Shown here: positions 50,668 to 59,948 of the stretch, piece by piece
How positions within the stretch are numbered: the first letter of the stretch is position 1
Layout: each line of letters begins with the position of its first letter
Source of the DNA: Candidatus Wirthbacteria bacterium
GTDB taxonomy: Bacteria > Patescibacteriota > CG2-30-54-11
Length of the DNA stretch: 64,000 nucleotides
Direction: 5' to 3'
Assembly: GCA_903889905.1 (NCBI GenBank)
Contig: CAISZI010000040.1
Span: 64,148 to 128,147, forward strand
Program-made: the position numbers and the translations under genes
The notes under the pieces: model-generated
Seen by the model: the letters and a program-made list of their open reading frames with translations, nothing else
The model's database searches: none
Told to the model about the DNA's origin: nothing

Positions 50668-52218
50668 TTGATGGCGAAGAAGTTCCTCATTTCCACCCCG
50701 ATTTATTATATCAATGACCGGCCGCACATTGGGCATGCCTATACCACCATTGCCGCTGATATCATGGCGCGCTGGCATCGGCTCAAGGGCGAAGAAGTAT
50801 ACTTTCTGACCGGCACCGACGAGAACAGCCAGAAAACCGTGGAAGCAGCCAAAAAGCAAGGTAAAGACGTCAAAGCCTATACCGATGAGATGGCTGCTAC
50901 CTGGCGCTCGACGTGGGAGAAAATGGGACTGACCTTTACCGACTTCATCCGTACTACCGAAAAGCGTCATTTGGACGGCGTAAATGCATTCTGGAAAGCC
51001 TGTTCTGCAAAGCAAACGCCGAATGGGGAGCCCAATATCTACAAAGGCGAATACATCGGTTTGTATTGCGACGGTTGCGAAGCCTACAAAAAGCCGAGCG
51101 ATTTGGTGGATGGACTTTGCCCGCTGCACAAAAAACCGCCGCGCGAATTGCATGAAACCAACTATTTCTTCCACCTCGAAGCCTACCGTGACCAGCTTCT
51201 GCAGCTTTTCGAAGCCAATAAGGCTTTTATTCGGCCTGAATCCCGCTACAATGAAGTTTACAACTACGTCAAAGACAACCTGGATCCTTTGAGTATTTCC
51301 CGTGAAACGGCGGAATGGGGAATTCCTGTCCCGGAGGATAGCACCCAGGCCATCTATGTCTGGTTTGATGCGCTGCTCAATTATGCTACCGCAGTGGGGT
51401 ATGGTTGGGACGAGCCTAAACTGGCAAAGTGGTGGTCAGATCCCGAGACCGAAATCATTCATTTGGTTGGCAAGGATATTATTAAATTTCACTGTGCCAT
51501 TTGGCCAGCCATGCTGATGTCAGCGGGTGTGCGCGTACCCAGTGGTGTCGTGGCCCATGGGTTCTTTACGATTGATGGTGATAAGATCAGTAAATCGCTG
51601 GGGAACGCAATTGACCCGCTTGAGCTGGGCGAAAAATATGGCTTTGATGCTTTACGCTATTTCATTTTCCGAGAAATTCCCTTTGGCGAAGACGGTGACT
51701 TCAACCGGGACCGGCTGGCCGAGCGTTACAAACACGACCTGGCCAATGATTTGGGCAATTTGCTGAACCGCGTGTTGGTCATGACCGAGAAGTATTTTGA
51801 GGGTAAAGTCCCCGTTGTCGACAGTTCCATGTCTGACGTTGTTGGGCTGATTGTCAAAACATGGCAAACGATTGAGATTTTTCTAGCTGCCTTTCAGTAT
51901 GACAAAGCCCTGGAAGCGATCTGGCAGGTGCTGACAGTGCTGAACCAGTTTGTGGACACCCATAAACCCTGGGTGCTGGCCAAAACAGATACTGCCAAAC
52001 TGGCCCAAGTCATGTACACGTTGTTGGAATCGCTGCGACAGGTTGGCTTGATGCTGGCGCCGTTCATGCCAGCCACAAGTGTCAAAATCAATGTTCAACT
52101 CGGTCTTGGCAGTTTGGCAGAGACAGTCGACCTGGCCGCTGCCCAGCAATGGGGTGGTTTGGCAGCCGGAACGGCTTTGGAGCGCGGGGACACACTTTTT
52201 CCCCAGCTGGCGGAATAG
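50668..52218 (+). CDS. metG: Methionine--tRNA ligase
   Basis: PIYYINDRPHIGHAYTT is the HIGH motif, KISKSLGN is the KMSKS motif, and zinc-knuckle cysteines are present (CDGCEAY...CPLH). Confidence 0.93.
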   Translation: MMAKKFLISTPIYYINDRPHIGHAYTTIAADIMARWHRLKGEEVYFLTGTDENSQKTVEAAKKQGKDVKAYTDEMAATWRSTWEKMGLTFTDFIRTTEKRHLDGVNAFWKACSAKQTPNGEPNIYKGEYIGLYCDGCEAYKKPSDLVDGLCPLHKKPPRELHETNYFFHLEAYRDQLLQLFEANKAFIRPESRYNEVYNYVKDNLDPLSISRETAEWGIPVPEDSTQAIYVWFDALLNYATAVGYGWDEPKLAKWWSDPETEIIHLVGKDIIKFHCAIWPAMLMSAGVRVPSGVVAHGFFTIDGDKISKSLGNAIDPLELGEKYGFDALRYFIFREIPFGEDGDFNRDRLAERYKHDLANDLGNLLNRVLVMTEKYFEGKVPVVDSSMSDVVGLIVKTWQTIEIFLAAFQYDKALEAIWQVLTVLNQFVDTHKPWVLAKTDTAKLAQVMYTLLESLRQVGLMLAPFMPATSVKINVQLGLGSLAETVDLAAAQQWGGLAAGTALERGDTLFPQLAE

Positions 52219-52250
52219 TCTTTGGTTTGCTAATGTTTTGGAATACAAAA

Positions 52251-52283
52251 AAAGATTTCCGTTGAGATGATGGAAATCTTTTT
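52251..52283 (+). terminator. Rho-independent terminator after metG
   Basis: Hairpin AAAGATTTCC-(12 nt loop)-GGAAATCTT followed by TTT. Confidence 0.6.
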
Positions 52284-52455
52284 AAGTCTATTCGGGAATT
52301 GCTGTGTGCCAAACCCTCTCCCAAGTATTCCCTTCCGTCCCGATGACGTGACTAGAGGGATAATTTCGACTAAAGCTCGCTGACTCGAAAAGTTGAGCTT
52401 TAAGGCCTGCCAGCCGAAGCTTGCCTGCTGGAAGCAGGCTTCAAGAAGCGTAGGC

Positions 52456-52520
52456 TGGTGCGCCCGGGAGGACTCGAATCCCGCTCCGCTTGGAAGCGGC
52501 CGGGATCTGGCGGGTTGTGG
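52456..52520 (-). other. Truncated tRNA-like fragment: 23-nt exact duplicate of the tRNA-Arg 3' end (T-arm plus acceptor plus CCA) with no 5' half
   Basis: TGGTGCGCCCGGGAGGACTCGAA at 52456-52478 is identical to 52551-52573. The sequence upstream (on the minus strand) cannot form an acceptor stem or D arm. Confidence 0.6.
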
Positions 52521-52550
52521 TAAAAAAAAATGAACATTGCTGTTCATTTG
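52521..52550 (-). terminator. Intrinsic terminator immediately after tRNA-Arg (minus strand)
   Basis: Hairpin ATGAACA-GCAA-TGTTCAT followed by 9 T on the minus strand. Confidence 0.7.
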
Positions 52551-52627
52551 TGGTGCGCCCGGGAGGACTCGAACCTCCAACCGTCTGGTTCGTAGCCAGG
52601 TATTCTATCCAGTTGAACTACGAGCGC
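52551..52627 (-). tRNA. tRNA-Arg (anticodon ACG), CCA encoded
   Basis: Reverse-complement GCGCTCGTAGTTCAACTGGATAGAATACCTGGCTACGAACCAGACGGTTGGAGGTTCGAGTCCTCCCGGGCGCACCA folds into a cloverleaf: acceptor GCGCTCG/CGGGCGC, T-arm GGAGG-TTCGAGT-CCTCC, anticodon loop CTACGAA. Confidence 0.85.
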
Positions 52628-52674
52628 AAGTTCACGCTTTTGGATAATACACTGCCGGCGCTATCTATGCAAGG

Positions 52675-53511
52675 TTAAGCTTTGGCAGTTTTTTTGGCTT
52701 TGGTCTTGGGAGAGTTCTGCTTTTTGTCGGGGTTGTGCTTATCAGCAGATGATTCGGCAAAGGGAGTGGCAATTTCTTCGAGAATGGCTTCTTCGGATGA
52801 CACGGGTGGATCCATAGCAGCAGTTGCGCTGGTCAATATACTCGGAACCGGCATTTCTGCCTGCAGCGCTTCGTCCAAAGGTGTTTGGGTTTCTGCTTTG
52901 GCAATACGTCTGTTTTGACGCAGACGGGCAAAAATCTGGGCATAAAATTTGTCCAGCCAAATGGCGCTGTTGTTGATAATCAGTGACAACGAATCCTGTT
53001 TGTGGTCTTCTTTGTGGGGAATGAATTGCGTCAACAGTTGTTTGACTTCAAGGGGATTTTGGTTGCCAAGCAGGATCATCTCGTGGGAAAAGGCACGACG
53101 ATTGGTTTCGAGTCCGAGCACGTAATGGCCATTGTCTTTGATGATCCAGAAGCCGTTGAGCTGGCTCCAGGGATAGAATTTATTGCGGGTGAAAAACCCC
53201 GTAGAGGTGATGACGTTTTCGATGTCCTGGTTGGGTAAGCGGCTGAGCATGTAAGTCAACACGGCAACGCCGCACAAAATCAGGGCGAGCAGGGATTTCT
53301 GGACAGCAATTGAGAGCAGCACAAGCACAACGCAAACGGTCATAACCAGCGCAAACCAACGGCGGTTTTCTTCTACCGGCAAGTCCGATGGACCGTTGAA
53401 GGAAAGCAGCGGGCGGCCATGGGTATAGTCTTCTTCCTGGTCCAGAAGGGGTTCCAGTTCGTCGGTGGCGTCAAAAACGATTTCGTCGTTTTCATCAAAA
53501 TTGTTTGTCAT
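52675..53511 (-). CDS. Hypothetical membrane protein with an acidic N-terminus and basic C-terminus, flanked by tRNA genes
   Basis: 278 aa. The TM segments are WFALVMTVCVVLVLLSIAV and ALILCGVAVLTYML. There is a bPH-like region NKFYPWSQLNGFWIIKDNGHYVLG and a Lys-rich tail. No confident family. Confidence 0.45.
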   Translation of the reverse strand: MTNNFDENDEIVFDATDELEPLLDQEEDYTHGRPLLSFNGPSDLPVEENRRWFALVMTVCVVLVLLSIAVQKSLLALILCGVAVLTYMLSRLPNQDIENVITSTGFFTRNKFYPWSQLNGFWIIKDNGHYVLGLETNRRAFSHEMILLGNQNPLEVKQLLTQFIPHKEDHKQDSLSLIINNSAIWLDKFYAQIFARLRQNRRIAKAETQTPLDEALQAEMPVPSILTSATAAMDPPVSSEEAILEEIATPFAESSADKHNPDKKQNSPKTKAKKTAKA

Positions 53512-53642
53512 TTGGTTTTGCTCCGATTTTCCAGAAATTAAGGAAAATCAACTAAATACAAGTTTATTATACCATTGACTGTGTTATTTGGGTATTTCGG
53601 GCCTTTTCCTCTCCGATCATCCCTGAATGCATCAGGAACGCT

Positions 53643-53731
53643 CGGAGAGGGCGAGATTCGAACTCGCGGTTCCGATTACTCGGGACGACGGTTTTCAAGA
53701 CCGCTCCATTCAACCGCTCTGGCACCTCTCC
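53643..53731 (-). tRNA. tRNA-Ser (anticodon TGA), long variable arm, CCA not encoded
   Basis: Reverse-complement GGAGAGGTGCCAGAGCGGTTGAATGGAGCGGTCTTGAAAACCGTCGTCCCGAGTAATCGGAACCGCGAGTTCGAATCTCGCCCTCTCCG. It has a type II tRNA architecture with anticodon loop CTTGAAA. Confidence 0.85.
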
Positions 53732-53790
53732 AATGGCACATAGCTAAGATTATAGAATTAATTAAATCGCGTCAATGTTGATTTGCATGC

Positions 53791-54510
53791 CTATGGTTCG
53801 CCATGGGCAAGGACAATACCCCAGACTGATTCTGCCCCGGCAGTTTTGAGTACTTTGGCACAAGTCATCAGAGTGGCGCCGGTGGTGGAAACATCATCAA
53901 GCAAAAGGATATTTTTCCCTCCCAGAGGCTCACCGTGATAGTCGAAGGCATTGTTGACATTGCCAAATCGGTGTTGGCGCTCGAGTTCCATCTGGGTTTC
54001 TGTTGGTCGAGTTCGCGTCAGGCCGTGTGCCAGAGGAAGTTCAGTCAATAATGCACACAAGCAGGTCGCGAGTAGCTCTGACTGGTTGAAGCCACGCCAT
54101 TTGAGACGTTCCTGGTGTAGCGGCACGCTGAGCAGCAATGGGTGTGACTGTAACAATTTATGGAAAAGTGGATCCAATTTCAGGCGGTCCGCGAGCGCCG
54201 TCGCCAGTATTGGGGCAAGCGCTGTCACAAAGTCGTATTTGAGCTGATGCAGGGTTTGTTTGAGAATGCCATCATAACGGCCGAGAATAAATACGCCTTG
54301 CAGGGCTGAGTGCTGCTGACAGCTTGAACAAACGGCATGCTGGCTTTTGGCTTTGCCACAGACCAGGCAGGGCCAAAACTGGCGTTTGGCAGGAAGTTCA
54401 GCCGCACAGTCGTCGCAAAGCCATTTACCGTAGCGATGGCAGTGCGCGCAATGAGGTGGATAGACAAAATCCAGCAGCCGACGTTTGGCCCCGCTAAGTG
54501 TTGGGAACAT
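53791..54510 (-). CDS. comFC: ComF-family phosphoribosyltransferase-like protein (ComFC)
   Basis: There is an N-terminal zinc-finger-like CxxC pair (CAHCHRYG...CDDC...CLVCG...CSSC), and the C-terminal PRTase motif ILLLDDVSTTGATL. Confidence 0.8.
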   Translation of the reverse strand: MFPTLSGAKRRLLDFVYPPHCAHCHRYGKWLCDDCAAELPAKRQFWPCLVCGKAKSQHAVCSSCQQHSALQGVFILGRYDGILKQTLHQLKYDFVTALAPILATALADRLKLDPLFHKLLQSHPLLLSVPLHQERLKWRGFNQSELLATCLCALLTELPLAHGLTRTRPTETQMELERQHRFGNVNNAFDYHGEPLGGKNILLLDDVSTTGATLMTCAKVLKTAGAESVWGIVLAHGEP

Positions 54511-56350
54511 TGGCAGGGTTTTCTGAAGTGGCTGGAGGCGTGGCGCCCAGAGTGCCTCGGGTAAATTTGGCGGCCCATGGTTTGTAGCTGGTGTGGACGG
54601 TTTCGTTGATCACGCTGCCGTCAGCATTGGTGATGGTGCGGGTGAAATCGGTTTGCGCGCCGCCAGCCGCCACGTCAACCTGCTTGAGATAACCTACCGG
54701 AAAAGTTGGGTCATCAATGTATTCGGTCGGTAGTGCGGCCGTGAGGTTGTAGACTTTGGGTTTGCTGATCGCGACAGTACGGCCGATTTTGGTACTGTAA
54801 AGCTCATATACCAGGCGTTTGGCCGCGTCGTCGACGTGGGTTTGGATCAAAATTGCGTAAGGGGTATCGTTTTTAAATTTGAAGTCGAGATAGGGCCCGT
54901 AAACAGCGGCGTCAATGCCCGGAGAGGCATATTCGTAGCCAGGGCCGCCTTCTTCGTAATAATGTACACGGTAAGCGTGTGGGTGACGTTCCACAATGGG
55001 ATAGCCGCCGTCCAGGGCCGCGCGATACATGGTCGTGGAGGTCTGGCAAACACCGCCTCCCAGTCCCGGCACCGTCGCATTGCCCACAATCACCAGCCCC
55101 TCGACAAAGCCGGCCTGCGTGGAGATATCGCCTACGGTGTCGTCAAATGAAAACGTTTGGCCAGGAGGAATGATTTTGCCATTGAGTTTAGCGGTGGCGG
55201 CTTTGATGTTCAAAATACGGGCAACAGTGGATCCGGCGAAATAGGAGACTCCACGGCCGACAATTTCCTTGATGCCGAGATTGTTGACTGCGGCAGTGGT
55301 GATTTTGGGATCAATCTGGGAAACGGCAATTGTCGCCGTGCTTTGCGTCGCCGTCAGTGCTGTGTCCAGTGCCGCAAACGTGTCATTCATATTGACGGCG
55401 ATGCCCTGCTGGCTGGGCACAAATTGGGTGACTTTACCAGCGGCATCAATACTAAAAACGGCATCAGAGGGATCGTGGTTGACATTTTGGGTTGACCAGT
55501 TCCACAGATCTTTTTGCGCGGTAATGGTATTGGTAGTGAGCTGGACATGACGATTGTTATCCAAAGTAGTACCGATCCAGGTTGCCAGCTGCGCAGCTGG
55601 AATTTTCCAAAGCAAAAGATCGTGCTGCAGTTGCACTGGCTTTTGTGACCAGCGGGTGGCCATTGCTGCGAGTGGTTCAATGTCAGTTTTGCTTACCGCC
55701 GGTGCGACAACCGTAAAAGTTGGAGTGATGGTCGGTGACTGAAGTTGATTTAAGGCCGTGGTCAGCTGTTGATAAAGATTCGCATCGTTGATTTTGCGTC
55801 CATTGGCTGCGTCCGCAATGACGACCTGTCCGTTCGTGATTTTGAGACTGGCATCGGTCTGGGTGATGTCAAATTTTTGATGCAGACTGGCGATCACGGC
55901 TTGCAATTTGTCATTGGCACCGATGTGCAGATCCGGTGTGATGCTGATACGATTTTGCAGCAAATGGAACTGATGTTTCAAATCATCAATAAAGCCCTCG
56001 GTTCGTCCATAGTTCTCGGCTTCCAGCAGATAAGGAGTGAGATCGATCTGCACGCCAGCCTCGGCCAGGGTGGTTTTGATCTCCTGGTCATCGATTTTGA
56101 ACGTGAGCGGCTGGCTTGCCAGTTGTGTTTGCCATTCGGTAAAAAGTGTCTCAGCCTGTCCAAAGGTCTTGAACGACAAGTCGTGGTCCAGAAAATAGAC
56201 ATGGGGATAAATACGACTGCCAAAGACAAGCTCGTGCGCCACTGCCAGCCCGGCGCCAGTGACGGTTAGAATTCCCAGCACAGACAGGGTGATTTTGATC
56301 AGGGAAGAAGTTAAAAGTTGCCGGATGGGCTGCAGAATTTTGGCGATCAC
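54494..56350 (-). CDS. vanW: VanW-family protein (membrane-anchored)
   Basis: The VanW signature region PGLGGGVCQTSTTMYRAAL is present, and there is an N-terminal TM helix. 618 aa. Confidence 0.8.
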   Translation of the reverse strand: MIAKILQPIRQLLTSSLIKITLSVLGILTVTGAGLAVAHELVFGSRIYPHVYFLDHDLSFKTFGQAETLFTEWQTQLASQPLTFKIDDQEIKTTLAEAGVQIDLTPYLLEAENYGRTEGFIDDLKHQFHLLQNRISITPDLHIGANDKLQAVIASLHQKFDITQTDASLKITNGQVVIADAANGRKINDANLYQQLTTALNQLQSPTITPTFTVVAPAVSKTDIEPLAAMATRWSQKPVQLQHDLLLWKIPAAQLATWIGTTLDNNRHVQLTTNTITAQKDLWNWSTQNVNHDPSDAVFSIDAAGKVTQFVPSQQGIAVNMNDTFAALDTALTATQSTATIAVSQIDPKITTAAVNNLGIKEIVGRGVSYFAGSTVARILNIKAATAKLNGKIIPPGQTFSFDDTVGDISTQAGFVEGLVIVGNATVPGLGGGVCQTSTTMYRAALDGGYPIVERHPHAYRVHYYEEGGPGYEYASPGIDAAVYGPYLDFKFKNDTPYAILIQTHVDDAAKRLVYELYSTKIGRTVAISKPKVYNLTAALPTEYIDDPTFPVGYLKQVDVAAGGAQTDFTRTITNADGSVINETVHTSYKPWAAKFTRGTLGATPPATSENPANVPNT

Positions 56351-56468
56351 GTGTTTCTTTATCTATGAGTATATGTCGTTATTTTACCTAAAGCGGATTG
56401 GCTTTACAATCCTTCGCTGCTTGTTTATACTGGCGATTGTTTTGCAGGCGATTGGTGCTTTGGTAGAG

Positions 56469-56544
56469 CGGGGTATAGCGCAGTTGGTAGCGCGCATCGT
56501 TCGGGACGATGAGGTCGTCAGTTCAAATCTGGCTACCCCGACCA
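56469..56544 (+). tRNA. tRNA-Pro (anticodon CGG), CCA encoded
   Basis: CGGGGTATAGCGCAGTTGGTAGCGCGCATCGTTCGGGACGATGAGGTCGTCAGTTCAAATCTGGCTACCCCGACCA: acceptor CGGGGTA/TACCCCG, anticodon loop TTCGGGA. Confidence 0.85.
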
Positions 56545-56617
56545 GAATTTAAGTTTGATGAATGCATTAATGGCTCACAATTGAGCCTTTTTTAATGAAA
56601 TTATGGGGAAAGCGCTC

Positions 56618-58237
56618 ATGGCCACGCGTTACATCTTTGTTACCGGCGGGGTTATTTCTGGCTTGGGCAAAGGCATTACGACCGCTTCCATTGGCAAAAT
56701 CCTGCAGTCGCGCGGCTTCAAGGTCACAGCGATCAAATGTGACGCTTATGTCAACCTCGATGCCGGCACAATGAATCCCATGGAGCACGGCGAAGTTTTC
56801 GTCACGGACGATGGTATTGAAACCGACCAGGATTTGGGCCATTACGAACGCTTTCTCAATATTGATCTGAGTCGCAGCAACTATACTACCACCGGCCAGA
56901 TTTACGCCTCGGTGATCCAGCGCGAACGCAATCTGGAATACGGCGGCAAATGTGTGGAAGTGGTACCGCACGTACCCGAAGAACTGATTCGTCGCATTAC
57001 GCAGGCTGGGGAAGACTTTAAGGCCGATTTTGTTATCGTAGAAATTGGCGGTACGGTTGGCGAATATCAGAACATTCTGTTTCTGGAAGCAGCACGACTG
57101 ATGTCACACCAGATGCCAGGCAAAGTGATTCACGTGCATGTGGGGTATTTACCGCTTCCCAGCAGTATTGGGGAAATGAAATCCAAACCTGTCCAGAATT
57201 CCATCCGTAGCCTCAACTCGGTGGGAATCCAGCCTGACTTTGTTGTTTGCCGCAGTGAAAAGCCGATTGATGATGTGCGCAAGGCCAAAATTGCCATGTT
57301 TGGCAACATTGCCAAAGAAGACGTTATTTCCAATCCGGATGTGGGCTCTATTTATGAAATTCCGTTGATCCTCGAAGACCAGGGCATGGGTGACCGCATC
57401 TTGCATAAATTTGGCCTCAAAGCCCGCAAAGGCAAACTGCAGGAATGGAAAAATTTGATTAAGACGCTGAAAACCGTCAAGAAAGAAGTCAAAATCGGCA
57501 TTGTTGGCAAATATTTCAGGGTCGGCGATTTTTCGTTGGAAGATTCTTATGTTTGCGTCATCGAGGCGATCAAACACGCGGCCTGGTCGCTCAACTTGAA
57601 ACCCACGATTGCCTGGCTGGATTCCGGTGACATTGAAAAAAATGGTGCCAAAAGTCTGGAAGGTTTTGACGGTATTATTGTGCCACAGGGGTGGGGTAGC
57701 CGCGGTAGCGAAGGCAAGATTGTCACCATCCGTCACGCCCGTGAGCACAAAATTCCCTATCTGGGGTTGTGTTTTGGCATGCAGCACGCTGTGATCGAAT
57801 TTGCCCGCAATGTCTGTGGCCTCCAAAACGCCAACTCCGAAGAGGTCAACCCCAAAACGCCACACCCCGTAATTCACATCATGGATTATCAGAAAAAACT
57901 GGTCGCCAAACGTCAATATGGTGGAACAATACGCCTGGGTGCTTATCCATGTGAACTCAAACCCAAGTCCAAACTCGCCAAACTGTATGACAATAAACCC
58001 GAAATCTCTGAGCGTCACCGTCATCGCTATGAATTCAACAACAAATACCGCGCCAGACTGGAAAAAGCAGGCATGGTCTTCAGCGGACTTTCACCTGATG
58101 GCAAACTCGTCGAAGCGATTGAACTTCCCGACCATCCTTTTTTTGTGGGTACGCAGTATCATCCTGAACTCAAATCCCGTCCCAATCATCCTCATCCTTT
58201 GTTTGTCGGATTTTTACAGGCTGCGGCCAAAAAATAA
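56618..58237 (+). CDS. pyrG: CTP synthase
   Basis: The N-terminus is MATRYIFVTGGVISGLGKGI. The C-terminal GATase region GLCFGMQ...HRHRYE is present. The ORF starts at 56603; the conserved N-terminus favours 56618. Confidence 0.93.
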   Translation: MATRYIFVTGGVISGLGKGITTASIGKILQSRGFKVTAIKCDAYVNLDAGTMNPMEHGEVFVTDDGIETDQDLGHYERFLNIDLSRSNYTTTGQIYASVIQRERNLEYGGKCVEVVPHVPEELIRRITQAGEDFKADFVIVEIGGTVGEYQNILFLEAARLMSHQMPGKVIHVHVGYLPLPSSIGEMKSKPVQNSIRSLNSVGIQPDFVVCRSEKPIDDVRKAKIAMFGNIAKEDVISNPDVGSIYEIPLILEDQGMGDRILHKFGLKARKGKLQEWKNLIKTLKTVKKEVKIGIVGKYFRVGDFSLEDSYVCVIEAIKHAAWSLNLKPTIAWLDSGDIEKNGAKSLEGFDGIIVPQGWGSRGSEGKIVTIRHAREHKIPYLGLCFGMQHAVIEFARNVCGLQNANSEEVNPKTPHPVIHIMDYQKKLVAKRQYGGTIRLGAYPCELKPKSKLAKLYDNKPEISERHRHRYEFNNKYRARLEKAGMVFSGLSPDGKLVEAIELPDHPFFVGTQYHPELKSRPNHPHPLFVGFLQAAAKK

Positions 58238-58247
58238 AGCATAGAAC

Positions 58248-59096
58248 ATGGTCAACTTTCGTCAGGTTCTCGACTATGTCATGGGAAAACAACTTCCAAG
58301 CGGCGCCTTTGCTGCTGAAGATGGAGTAACCCCTGATACACTCGTGACTTCGCAAATTATTTCGTTGCTTTATTATCTGGATGTATCGGGCCAGTTTTCC
58401 CGTGAAATCAGAGCGGCGATCTGTTACTTGTATGGTGTGCAACTGCCGAGTGGAAGCTGGACTGGCAATACCGCTCAACCAGAGACGCTGGTTACTGCCT
58501 GGGCGATTTGCGCGTTGCTCAAATCCGGACTGGAGATAACCTCTGACGTACTGCAAAAAGCCTGGATCTGGATGATGAACCGCCAAAAGGATGATGGCGC
58601 ATTTGTGCAGGCCAGTTCAATCATCCGTTCGAATATCTATGTGCAGGGTTACGTGATGCGTACGTTGGCGCTGGTGGATTTCAGTTACCAGACGAACAAG
58701 GAAAAAGGACTGAAATGGCTGCAACAGGTGCAGCACGCAAGTGGCGGTTTTGGGCTTTACCCCAATACCGAGCCGGACGCCGCCATCACGGCTTACGTAC
58801 TGCATGGTATTAATCGCTATCCGGTTTACAACCAAGGCAATCTGGGGCAGAAAGCTCGACTCTATCTGCTCGGTTCGCAACGCCCAGACGGCAGCTGGAT
58901 GAGTACCTATCCGCTGGTGAACAGTATGGAAGCCACAGCCATGGTGCTGTTTGTCCTGCGTCTGGCGGGTGTGTCGGGCGAGCCGATTACCAAAGGGTTT
59001 GCTTTTTTGAACCAGTTTTTTGATTTACTGAACTGGAGCGAAATTCCCTTACGTAATATGGCTACGTCAATTTTGGCGTTTTATTATGGTTATTAA
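58248..59096 (+). CDS. Small protein with prenyltransferase / terpene-cyclase-type alpha-alpha toroid repeats (PFTB-like)
   Basis: Five repeats of the Q(L/K/H/R)xxG(S/A/G)(W/F) type: QLPSGAF, QLPSGSW, QKDDGAF, QHASGGFG, QRPDGSW. Confidence 0.6.
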   Translation: MVNFRQVLDYVMGKQLPSGAFAAEDGVTPDTLVTSQIISLLYYLDVSGQFSREIRAAICYLYGVQLPSGSWTGNTAQPETLVTAWAICALLKSGLEITSDVLQKAWIWMMNRQKDDGAFVQASSIIRSNIYVQGYVMRTLALVDFSYQTNKEKGLKWLQQVQHASGGFGLYPNTEPDAAITAYVLHGINRYPVYNQGNLGQKARLYLLGSQRPDGSWMSTYPLVNSMEATAMVLFVLRLAGVSGEPITKGFAFLNQFFDLLNWSEIPLRNMATSILAFYYGY

Positions 59097-59099
59097 TGA

Positions 59100-59948
59100 T
59101 TGAGGTGCGCTATGCCTCGTCGCAACAAAAACAATGGACTTGTGTTTTTATCCAGTTTTGTGCTGGTGCTGGGTATCGGAGCGGCGATATTCTATTTTGG
59201 TACCAAAGTAGGTGAAAACAAATCAACACCAGCACCCGTTGTTGTTCCGACAACGCCGAACTCGACGCCGATGACACAGCCAGCCAAGCCAACAACATCG
59301 ACACCAGCGCCGCTCAGACCTGTGCCGGTTGTGCCAGCCTCGCTACCCGTCACTTCGCCGCTCACACCTATTTCCCTGCTTCGACCGGAGCTGGATGCGA
59401 TGAAGGCATTTTTGCCCGTCGGCGGACGCTTTGTGCGCTACTGGTACAGCAACCTCAATGGTGACAGTTACGACGAAGTGGTGATCGGGTATGTGTTGAC
59501 GGCCCAGGTGCACGTGATGACGCTGGGAATCAAAGATACGACCAAAGGGTACGAAGTACTTTGGGACAAAACCGTACCCGGGGACACGATTGTAAACTTG
59601 ATCACGGACAAAATCGCCAAGGATTATTTGATCATTGCGCAGACTACAGGTGGTGGTGCGAGTTATCTGGATATCTATAAATATGCCGATGACAGTGCGA
59701 CAGTGCTGGCGTTGCAAGGCGGCGATTTTGACGGCAAAACGAGCGAAATCAGCTTTGTCAAAAAGGCAGCGACTTTGTCAACGGTATCATTGTACAACGC
59801 CAGTTATAGTAAAGCCGTTGTCAGTCTTGATTTTGGCCCGGCAACGACGGCAGGTGGCATAGCTTCTGTCAAACAAGACAATTACCAGTACCAAAGCGGT
59901 ACGTTGGTTTATCAAACTCAAACGCAGGTAGACAGTTCGACTCTCTAA
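59100..59948 (+). CDS. Membrane-anchored hypothetical protein with a Pro/Thr-rich linker
   Basis: There is an N-terminal TM helix (LVFLSSFVLVLGIGAAIFYF), a PT-rich segment and a C-terminal ~180 aa domain of unknown function. The start could be the ATG at 59112. Confidence 0.45.
   Translation: MRCAMPRRNKNNGLVFLSSFVLVLGIGAAIFYFGTKVGENKSTPAPVVVPTTPNSTPMTQPAKPTTSTPAPLRPVPVVPASLPVTSPLTPISLLRPELDAMKAFLPVGGRFVRYWYSNLNGDSYDEVVIGYVLTAQVHVMTLGIKDTTKGYEVLWDKTVPGDTIVNLITDKIAKDYLIIAQTTGGGASYLDIYKYADDSATVLALQGGDFDGKTSEISFVKKAATLSTVSLYNASYSKAVVSLDFGPATTAGGIASVKQDNYQYQSGTLVYQTQTQVDSSTL

Noticed and set aside
52456-52520. Second tRNA (apparent CCA anticodon-like hairpin, tRNA-Trp?) or tmRNA 3' end
   Set aside because: No acceptor 5' strand or D arm can be formed. 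The hairpin loop has 6 nt, not 7. There is no room for a tmRNA body before tRNA-Arg. It is interpreted as a truncated duplicate of the tRNA-Arg 3' end.
56259-56552. 97-aa ORF
   Set aside because: It overlaps tRNA-Pro (56469-56544), so the sequence is an RNA gene and not coding. The 53575-53781 ORF overlapping tRNA-Ser is rejected the same way.
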